A stretch of DNA of 64,000 nucleotides. Source: Eledone cirrhosa. Taxonomy: Eukaryota. A model generated the notes under the pieces. The model was given only the letters and a program-made list of their open reading frames with translations. It was not told the DNA's origin and did not search any database. Numbering within the stretch: the stretch's first letter is position 1; every line of letters begins with the position of its first letter. Made by a program: the position numbers and the translations under genes. The stretch lies in the NCBI GenBank assembly GCA_964016885.1, contig OZ024741.1, positions 246,698,001 to 246,762,000 of the forward strand. Direction: 5' to 3'. Positions 53,701 to 64,000 of the stretch are shown piece after piece.

Positions 53701-56599
53701 TTACAAATTATCTCCCCTTGGCTGGCTGGAAATTTTCTCCCCTTGGAGGCTGGAACTTATCTCCCCTTGGACGGCTAGAAATTACCTCTCCTTGGACGGC
53801 TGGAAAATATGTCTCCTTGGACGGCTGGATATTATCTCCCCTTGGACGGCTGGAAATTATCTCCCCTTGGACGGCTGGAAATTATCTCCCCTTGGATGGC
53901 TAGATATTACCTCCCCTTGGACGGCTGGAAATTATCTCCCCTTGATTTTTTTACAAATTATCTCCCCCTGATTTTTTTTACAAATTATCTCCCCCTGATT
54001 TTTTTTTACAAATTATCTCCCCCTGATTTTTGTTTACAAATTATCTCCGCCTGATTTTTTAAAAAAAATTATCTCCCCTTGGACGGCTGGAAATTATCTC
54101 CCCTTGGACGGCTAGAAATTACCTCCTTGGACGGCTGAAAATTATCTCCCCTTGGACGGCTGGAAATTATCTCCCCTTGATTTTTTTACAAATTATCTCC
54201 ACCTGATTTTTTTTTTACAAATTATCTCCCCCTGATTTTTTTTTACAAATTATCTACCCCTGATTTTTTTTTACAAATTATCTCCCCCTGATTTTTTTTA
54301 CAAATTATCTCCCCTGATTTTTTTTTACAAATTATCTCCCCCTGATTTTTTTACAAATTATCTCCCCCTGATTTTTTTTACAAATTATCTCCGCCTGATT
54401 TTTTTAAATATTATCTCTCCTTGGCTGGCGGGAAATTATCTCCCCTTGGACGGCTGGAAATTATCTCCCCTTGGAAGGATGGAAATTATCTCCCCTTGGA
54501 CGGCTGGAAATTATCTACCCCTGATTTTTTTTACAAATTATCTCCCCCTGATTTTTTTTACAAATTATCTCCCCCTGATTTTTTTTTACAAATTATCTAC
54601 ATCTGATTTTTTTACAAATTATCTCCCCTTGGCTGGCTGGAAATTATCTCCCCTTGGACGGCTAGAAATTACCTCTCCTTGGACGGCTGAAAATTATCTC
54701 CCCTTGGACGGCTGGAAATTATCTCCCCTTGATTTTTTTACAAATTATCTCCCCCTGATTTTTTTTTTACAAATTATCTCCCCCTGATTTTTTTTTACAA
54801 ATTATCTACCCCTGATTTTTTTTTACAAATTATCTCCCCTTGATTTTTTTTACAAATTATCTCCCCCTGATTTTTTTTTACAAATTATCTCCCCCTGATT
54901 TTTTTTTACAAATTATCTCCCCCTGATTTTTGTTTACAAATTATCTCCGCCTGATTTTTTTAAAAAAATTATCTCCCCTTGGACGGCTGGAAATTATCTC
55001 CCCTTGGACGGCTAGAAATTACCTCTCCTTGGACGGCTGAAAATTATCTCCCCTTGGACGGCTGGAAATTATCTCCCCTTGATTTTTTTACAAATTATCT
55101 CCCCCTGATTTTTTTTTTACAAATTATCTCCCCCTGATTTTTTTTTACAAATTATCTACCCCTGATTTTTTTTTACAAATTATCTCCCCCTGATTTTTTT
55201 TTACGAATTATCTCCCCCTGATTTTTTTTTACAAATTATCTCCCCCTGATTTTTTTAAATGTTATCTCTCCTTGGCTGGCGGGAAATTATCTCCCCTTGG
55301 ACGGCTGGAAATTATCTCCCCTTGGAAGGATGGAAATTATCTCCCCTTGGACGGCTGAAAATTATCTACCCCTGATTTTTTTTACAAATTATCTCCCCCT
55401 GATTTTTTTACAAATTATCTCCGCCTGATTTTTTTAAATGTTATCTCTCCTTGGCTGGCGGGAAATTATCTCCCCTTGGACGGCTGGAAATTATCTCCCC
55501 TTGGAAGGATGAAAATTATCTCCCCTTGGACGGCTGAAAATTATCTACCCCTGATTTTTTTTACAAATTATCTCCCCCTGATTTTTTTTACAAATTATCT
55601 CCCCCTGATTTTTTTTACAAATGATCTACCCCTGATTTTTTTTACAAATTATCTCCCCCTGATTTTTTTTACAAATTATCTCCCCCTGATTTTTTTTTAC
55701 AAATTATCTCCCCCTGATTTTTTTTTACAAATTATCTCCCCCTGATTTTTTTACAAATTATCTCCCCCTGATTTTTTTTACAATCTCCGCCTGATTTTTT
55801 AAAAAATTATCTTCCCTTGGCTGGCGGGAAATTATCTCCCCTTGGACGGCTGGAAATTATCTCCCCTTGGAAGGATGGAAATTATCTCCCCTTGGACGGC
55901 TGGAAATTATCTCCCCTTGCACGGCTGGAAATTATAGCCCCTTGGAGGGCTGGAAATTATCTCCCCTTGATATTTTTTACAAATTATCTCCCCCTGATTT
56001 TTTTTTCAAATTATCTCCCCCTGATTTTTTTTACAAATTATCTCCCCCCTGATTTTTTTACAAATTATCTCCCCTTGGCTGGCTGGAAATTATCTCCCCT
56101 TGGAGGCTGGAACTTATCTCCCCTTGGACGGCTAGAAATTACCTCTCCTTGGACGGCTGGAAAATATGTCTCCTTGGACGGCTGGATATTATCTCCCCTT
56201 GGACGGCTGGAAATTATCTCCCCTTGGACGGCTGGAAATTATCTCCCCTTGGATGGCTAGATATTACCTCCCCTTGGACGGCTGGAAATTATCTCCCCTT
56301 GATTTTTTTTACAAATTATCTCCCCCTGATTTTTTTTTACAAATTATCTCCCCCTGATTTTTTTTTTAAAATTATCTCCCCCTGATTTTTGTTTACAAAT
56401 TATCTCCGCCTGATTTTTTTTAAAAAATTATCTCCCCTTGGACGGCAGGAAATTATCTCCCCTTGGACGGCTGGAAATTATATCTCCTTGGACGGCTAGA
56501 ATTTACCTCTCCTTGGACGGCTGAAAATTATCTCCCCTTGGACGGCTGGAAATTATCTCCCCTTGATTTTTTTTACAAATTATCTCCCCCTGATTTTTT

Positions 56600-59500
56600 T
56601 TTACAAATTATCTCCCCCTGATTTTTTTTTACAAATTATCTCCCCCTGATTTTTTTTTACAAATTATCTCCCCCTAATTTTTTTACAAATTATCTCCCCT
56701 TGGCTGGCTGGAAATTATCTCCCCTTGGAGGCTGGAACTTATCTCCCCTTGGACGGCTAGAAATTACGTCTCCTTGGACGGCTGGAAAATATGTCTCCTT
56801 GGACGGCTGGATATTATCTCCCCTTGGACGGCTGGAAATTATCTCCCCTTGGACGGCTGGAAATTATCTCCCCTTGGATGGCTAGATATTACCTCCCCTT
56901 GGACGGCTGGAAATTATCTCCCCTTGATTTTTTTTACAAATTATCTCCCCCTGATTTTTTTTACAAATTATCTCCCCCTGATTTTTTTTTACAAATTATC
57001 TCCCCCTGATTTTTGTTTACAAATTATCTCCGCCTGATTTTTTTAAAAAAATTATCTCCCCTTGGACGGCTGGAAATTATCTCCCCTTGGACGGCTAGAA
57101 ATTACCTCTCCTTGGACGGCTGAAAATTATCTCCCCTTGGACGGCTGGAAATTATCTCCCCTTGATTTTTTTACAAATTATCTCCCCCTGATTTTTTTTT
57201 ACAAATTATCTCCCCCTGATTTTTTTTTACAAATTATCTACCCCTGATTTTTTTTTACAAATTATCTCCCCCTGATTTTTTTTACAAATTATCTCCCCCT
57301 GATTTTTTTTTACAAATTATCTCCCCCTGATTTTTTTACAAATTATCTCCCCCTGATTTTTTTTACAAATTATCTCCGCCTGATTTTTTTAAATATTATC
57401 TCTCCTTGGCTGGCGGGAAATTATCTCCCCTTGGACGGCTGGAAATTATCTCCCCTTGGAAGGATGGAAATTATCTCCCCTTGGACGGCTGGAAATTATC
57501 TACCCCTGATTTTTTTTACAAATTATCTCCCCCTGATTTTTTTACAAATTATCTCCCCCTGATTTTTTTTACAAATTATCTCCGCCTGATTTTTTTAAAT
57601 GTTATCTCTCCTTGGCTGGCGGGAAATTATCTCCCCTTGGAGGCTGGAACTTATCTCCCCTTGGACGGCTAGAAATTACCTCTCCTTGGACGGCTGGAAA
57701 ATATGTCTCCTTGGACGGCTGGATATTATCTCCCCTTGGACGGCTGGAAATTATCTCCCCTTGGACGGCTGGAAATTATCTCCCCTTGGATGGCTAGATA
57801 TTACCTCCCCTTGGACGGCTGGAAATTATCTCCCCTTGATTTTTTTTACAAATTATCTCCCCCTGATTTTTTTTTACAAATTATCTCCCCCTGATTTTTT
57901 TTTACAAATTATCTCCCCCTGATTTTTGTTTACAAATTATCTCCGCCTGATTTTTTTAAAAAAATTATCTCCCCTTGGACGGCTGGAAATTATCTCCCCT
58001 TGGACGGCTAGAAATTACCTCTCCTTGGACGGCTGAAAATTATCTCCCCTTGGACGGCTGGAAATTATCTCCCCTTGATTTTTTTACAAATTATCTCCCC
58101 CTGATTTTTTTTTTACAAATTATCTCCCCCTGATTTTTTTTTACAAATTATCTACCCCTGATTTTTTTTACAAATTATCTCCCCCTGATTTTTTTTACAA
58201 ATTATCTCCCCCTGATTTTTTTTTACAAATTATCTCCCCCTGATTTTTTTACAAATTATCTCCCCCTGATTTTTTTTACAAATTATCTCCGCCTGATTTT
58301 TTTAAATATTATCTCTCCTTGGCTGGCGGGAAATTATCTCCCCTTGGACGGCTGGAAATTATCTCCCCTTGGAAGGATGGAAATTATCTCCCCTTGGACG
58401 GCTGGAAATTATCTACCCCTGATTTTTTTTACAAATTATCTCCCCCTGATTTTTTTACAAATTATCTCCCCCTGATTTTTTTTAGAAATTATCTCCGCCT
58501 GATTTTTTTAAATGTTATCTCTCCTTGGCTGGCGGGAAATTATCTCCCCTTGGACGGCTGGAAATTATCTCCCCTTGGAAGGATGGAAATTATCTCCCCT
58601 TGGACGGCTGAAAATTATCTACCCCTGATTTTTTTTACAAATTATCTCCCCCTGATTTTTTTTACAAATTATCTCCCCCTGATTTTTTTTACAAATTATC
58701 TACCCCTGATTTTTTCTACAAATTATCTCCCCCTGATTTTTTTTACAAATTATCTCCCCCTGATTTTTTTTTTACAAATTATCTCCCCCTGATTTTTTTA
58801 CACATTATCTCCCCCTGATTTTTTTTACAAATTATCTCCCCCTGATTTTTTTACAAATTATCTCCCCTTGGCTGGCTGGAAATTATCTCCCCTTGGAGGC
58901 TGGAACTTATCTCCCCTTGGACGGCTAGAAATTACCTCTCCTTGGACGGCTGGAAAATATGTCTCCTTGGACGGCTGGATATTATCTCCCCTTGGACGGC
59001 TGGAAATTATCTCCCCTTGGACGGCTGGAAATTATCTCCCCTTGGATGGCTAGATATTACCTCACCTTGGACGGCTGGAAATTATCTCCCCTTGATTTTT
59101 TTTACAAATTATCTCCCCCTGATTTTTTTTTACAAATTATCTCCCCCTGATTTTTTTTTACAAATTATCTCCCCCTGATTTTTGTTTACAAATTATCTCC
59201 GCCTGATTTTTTTAAAAAAATTATCTCCCCTTGGACGGCTGGAAATTATCTCCCCTTGGACGGCTAGAAATTACCTCCTTGGACGGCTGAAAATTATCTC
59301 CCCTTGGACGGCTGGAAATTATCTCCCCTTGATTTTTTTACAAATTATCTCCCCCTGATTTTTTTTTTACAAATTATCTCCCCCTGATTTTTTTTACAAA
59401 TTATCTACCCCTGATTTTTTTTTACAAATTATCTCCCCCTGATTTTTTTTACAAATTATCTCCCCTGATTTTTTTTTACAAATTATCTCCTCCTGATTTT

Positions 59501-62500
59501 TTTACAAATTATCTCCCCCTGATTTTTTTTACAAATTATCTCCGCCTGATTTTTTTAAATATTATCTCTCCTTGGCTGGCGGGAAATTATCTCCCCTTGG
59601 ACGGCTGGAAATTATCTCCCCTTGGAAGGATGGAAATTATCTCCCCTTGGACGGCTGGAAATTATCTACCCGATTTTTTTTACAAATTATCTCCCCCTGA
59701 TTTTTTTACAAATTATCTCCCCCTGATTTTTTTTACAAATTATCTCCGCCTGATTTTTTTAAATGTTATCTCTCCTTGGCTGGCGGGAAATTATCTCCCC
59801 TTGGACGGCTGGAAATTATCTCCCCTTGGAAGGATGGAAATTATCTCCCCTTGGACGGCTGGAAATTATGTACCCCTGATTTTTTTTACAAATTATCTCC
59901 CCCTGATTTTTTTTACAAATTATCTCCCCCTGATTTTTTTTTACAAATTATCTACCCCTGATTTTTTTACAAATTATCTCCCCTTGGCTGGCTGGAAATT
60001 ATCTCCCCTTGGACGGCTAGAAATTACCTCTCCTTGGACGGCTGAAAATTATCTCCCCTTGGACGGCTGGAAATTATCTCCCCTTGATTTTTTTACAAAT
60101 TATCTCCCCCTGATTTTTTTTTACAAACTATCTCCCCCTGATTTTTTTTTACAAATTATCTACCCCTGATTTTTTTTTACAAATTATCTCCCCCTGATTT
60201 TTTTTACAAATTATCTCCCCCTGATTTTTTTTACAAATTATCTCCCCCTGATTTTTTTACAAATTATCTCCCTCTGATTTTTTTACAAATTATCTCCGCC
60301 TGATTTTTTTAAATATTATCTCTCCTTGGCTGGCGGGAAATTATCTCCCCTTGGACGGCTGGAAATTATCTCCCCTTGGAAGGATGGAAATTATCTCCCC
60401 TTGGACGGCTGGAAATTATCTACCCCTGATTTTTTTTACAAATTATCTCCCCCTGATTTTTTTACAAATTATCTCCCCCTGATTTTTTTTACAAATTATC
60501 TCCGCCTGATTTTTTTAAATGTTATCTCTCCTTGGCTGGCGGGAAATTATCTCCCCTTGGACGGCTGGAAATTATCTCCCCTTGGAAGGATGGAAATTAT
60601 CTCCCCTTGGACGGCTGAAAATTATCTACCCCTGATTTTTTTTACAAATTATCTCCCCCTGATTTTTTTTACAAATTATCTCCCCCTGATTTTTTTTACA
60701 AATTATCTACCCCTGATTTTTTTTACAAATTATCTCCCCCTGATTTTTTTTACAAATTATCTCCCCCTGATTTTTTTTTTACAAATTATCTCCCCCTGAT
60801 TTTTTTTTACAAATTATCTCCCCCTGATTTTTTTTTACAAATTATCTCCCCCTAATTTTTTTTTACAAATTATCTCCCCCTAATTTTTTTACAAATTATC
60901 TCCCCTTGGCTGGCTGGAAATTATCTCCCCTTGGAGGCTGGAACTTATCTCCCCTTGGACGGCTAGAAATTACGTCTCCTTGGACGGCTGGAAAATATGT
61001 CTCCTTGGACGGCTGGATATTATCTCCCCTTGGACGGCTGGAAATTATCTCCCCTTGGACGGCTTGAAATTATCTCCCCTTGGATGGCTAGATATTACCT
61101 CCCCTTGGACGGCTGGAAATTATCTCCCCTTGATTTTTTTTACAAATTATCTCCCCCTGATTTTTTTTTACAAATTATCTCCCCCTGATTTTTTTTTACA
61201 AATTATCTCCCCCTGATTTTTGTTTACAAATTATCTCCGCCTGATTTTTTAAAAAAAATTATCTCCCCTTGGACGGCTGGAAATTATCTCCCCTTGGACG
61301 GCTAGAAATTACCTCTCCTTGGACGGCTGAAAATTATCGCCCCTTGGACGGCTGGAAATTATCTCCCCTTGATTTTTTTACAAATTATCTCCCCCTGATT
61401 TTTTTTTACAAATTATCTCCCCCTGATTTTTTTTTACAAATTATCTACCCCTGATTTTTTTTACAAATTATCTCCCCCTGATTTTTTTTACAAATTATCT
61501 CCCCCTGATTTTTTTTTACAAATTATCTCCCCCTGATTTTTTTACAAATTATCTCCCTCTGATTTTTTTACAAATTATCTCCGCCTGATTTTTTTAAATA
61601 TTATCTCTCCTTGGCTGGCGGGAAATTATCTCCCCTTGGACGGCTGGAAATTATCTCCCCTTGGAAGGATGGAAATTATCTCCCCTTGGACGGCTGGAAA
61701 TTATCTACCCCTGATTTTTTTTACAAATTATCTCCCCCTGATTTTTTTACAAATTATCTCCCCCTGATTTTTTTTACAAATTATCTCCGCCTGATTTTTT
61801 TAAATGTTATCTCTCCTTGGCTGGCGGGAAATTATCTCCCCTTGGACGGCTGGAAATTATCTCCCCTTGGAAGGATGGAAATTATCTCCCCTTGGACGGC
61901 TGAAAATTATCTACCCCTGATTTTTTTTACAAATTATCTCCCCCTGATTTTTTTTACAAATTATCTCCCCCTGATTTTTTTTACAAATTATCTACCCCTG
62001 ATTTTTTTTACAAATTATCTCCCCCTGATTTTTTTTACAAATTATCTCCCCCTGATTTTTTTTTTACAAATTATCTCCCCCTGATTTTTTTACAAATTAT
62101 CTCCCCCTGATTTTTTTTTTACAAATTATCTCCCCCTGATTTTTTTACAAATTATCTCCCCTTGGCTGGCTGGAAATTATCTCCCCTTGGAGGCTGGAAC
62201 TTATCTCCCCTTGGACGGCTAGAAATTACCTCTCCTTGGACGGCTGGAAAATATGTCTCCTTGGACGGCTGGATATTATCTCCCCTTGGACGGCTGGAAA
62301 TTATCTCCCCTTGGACGGCTGGAAACTATCTCCCCTTGGATGGCTAGATATTACCTCCCCTTGGACGGCTGGAAATTATCTCCCCTTGATTTTTTTTACA
62401 AATTATCTCCCCCTGATTTTTTTTTACAAATTATCTCCCCCTGATTTTTTTTTACAAATTATCTCCCCCTGATTTTTGTTTACAAATTATCTCCGCCTGA

Positions 62501-64000
62501 TTTTTTTAAAAAAATTATCTCCCCTTGGACGGCTGGAAATTATCTCCCCTTGGACGGCTAGAAATTACCTCTCCTTGGACGGCTGAAAATTATCTCCCCT
62601 TGGACGGCTGGAAATTATCTCCCCTTGATTTTTTTACAAATTATCTCCCCCTGATTTTTTTTTTACAAATTATCTACCCCTGATTTTTTTTACAAATTAT
62701 CTCCCCCTGATTTTTTTTACAAATTATCTCCCCCTGATTTTTTTTTACAAATTATCTCCCCCTGATTTTTTTACAAATTATCTCCCCCTGATTTTTTTTA
62801 CAAATTATCTCCGCCTGATTTTTTTAAATATTATCTCTCCTTGGCTGGCGGGAAATTATCTCCCCTTGGACGGCTGGAAATTATCTCCCCTTGGAAGGAT
62901 GGAAATTATCTCCCCTTGGACGGCTGGAAATTATCTACCCCTGATTTTTTTTACAAATTATCTCCCCCTGATTTTTTTACAAATTATCTCCCCCTGATTT
63001 TTTTTACAAATTATCTCCGCCTGATTTTTTTAAATGTTATCTCTCCTTGGCTGGCGGGAAATTATCTCCCCTTGGACGGCTGGAAATTATCTCCCCTTGG
63101 AAGGATGGAAATTATCTCCCCTTGGACGGCTGAAAATTATCTACCCCTGATTTTTTTTACAAATTATCTCCCCCTGATTTTTTTTACAAATTATCTCCCC
63201 CTGATTTTTTTTACAAATTATCTACCCCTGATTTTTTCTACAAATTATCTCCCCCTGATTTTTTTTACAAATTATCTCCCCCTGATTTTTTTTTTACAAA
63301 TTATCTCCCCCTGATTTTTTTTTACAAATTATCTACCCCTGATTTTTTTTTACAAATTATCTACCCCTGATTTTTTTTTACAAATTATCTCCCCCTGATT
63401 TTTTTTACAAATTATCTCCCCCTGATTTTTTTTACAAATTATCTACATCTGATTTTTTTACAAATTATCTCCCCTTGGCTGGCTGGAAATTATCTCCCCT
63501 TGGACGGCTAGAAATTACCTCTCCTTGGACGGCTGAAAATTATCTCCCCTTGGACGGCTGGAAATTATCTCCCCTTGATTTTTTTACAAATTATCTCCCC
63601 CTGATTTTTTTTTTACAAATTATCTCCCCCTGATTTTTTTTTACAAATTATCTACCCCTGATTTTTTTTTACAAATTATCTCCCCTTGATTTTTTTTACA
63701 AATTTTCTCCCCCTGATTTTTTTTTACAAATTATCTCCCCCTGATTTTTTTTTACAAATTATCTCCCCCTGATTTTTGTTTACAAATTATCTACCCCTGA
63801 TTTTTTTTTACAAATTATCTCCCCCTGATTTTTTTAAATGTTATCTCTCCTTGGCTGGCGGGAAATTATCTCCCCTTGGACGGCTGGAAATTATCTCCCC
63901 TTGGAAGGATGGAAATTATCTCCCCTTGGACGGCTGAAAATTATCTACCCCTGATTTTTTTTACAAATTATCTCCCCCTGATTTTTTTACAAATTATCTC
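56600..64000 (+). repeat. Distinct sub-array lacking T and S blocks, with shorter irregular 0.9-1.3-kb periods
   Basis: No GCACGG, ATAGCC or ACAATCTCC markers are seen here. P-pair starts at 57406, 58319, 60326, 61611 and 62841 give spacings of 913, 2007, 1285 and 1230. Confidence 0.75.

Larger units (their letters stand above)
1..64000 (+). repeat. Composite two-monomer tandem satellite array (25-bp A and 26-29-bp B) running off both window edges
   Basis: The core AAATTATCTCCCC(T/C)TG recurs every 25-29 bp from the first line to the last. It is followed by either GACGGCTGG (A) or A-T7..10-AC (B). Roughly 2,400 monomers, estimated as 64000/~26. Always the same orientation. Confidence 0.99.

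Noticed and set aside
403-63314. All ORFs in the six-frame track (YLPLIFFTN, KLSPLG and IISPW repeats)
   Set aside because: They overlap in all three frames and mostly start at TTG within the monomer. Their lengths depend on T-run parity (27-bp units stay in frame), and they show no recognisable domain. They are artefacts of translating the satellite.
1-64000. CRISPR array (constant repeat plus variable spacer)
   Set aside because: The core is only 16 bp. The spacers are 9-13 nt and fall into two recurring classes rather than being unique. There is no leader and no cas gene.
1-64000. Pure sequencing or assembly artefact (concatemer)
   Set aside because: Hierarchically shared variants, stable T-run patterns and clean whole-monomer indels look like real evolutionary history. 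Exact copy numbers still need read support.
1-64000. Transposon insertion, inversion or embedded unique sequence
   Set aside because: I saw no break in the monomer pattern and no reverse-orientation core (GGGGAGATAATTT) on the plus strand. A very short insertion could have been missed by eye.

Overview
The whole 64 kb window is one uninterrupted head-to-tail tandem satellite array in a single orientation. I see no unique sequence, gene, RNA gene, transposon or inversion. It is built from two related monomers that share a 16-bp core, AAATTATCTCCCC(T/C)TG. Monomer A is 25 bp (AAATTATCTCCCCTTGGACGGCTGG). Monomer B is 26-29 bp (AAATTATCTCCCCCTGA-T7..10-AC). Runs of about 4-9 A monomers alternate with runs of B monomers. 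The A runs belong to a small vocabulary of about 6 stereotyped blocks marked by fixed variants. These blocks form nested higher-order repeats (HORs): a 1982-bp subperiod, a 4.6-4.9-kb HOR, 6.1-6.2-kb and 8.8-kb tandem duplications, and dispersed copies 21-26 kb apart. The last ~8 kb is a distinct sub-domain. All listed ORFs are translation artefacts of the repeat. The architecture best fits a eukaryotic centromeric, heterochromatic or subtelomeric satellite (inference). I do not recognise the family or the organism. Periods were derived from offsets in the ORF track and from manual reading of diagnostic variants, so boundaries are approximate.
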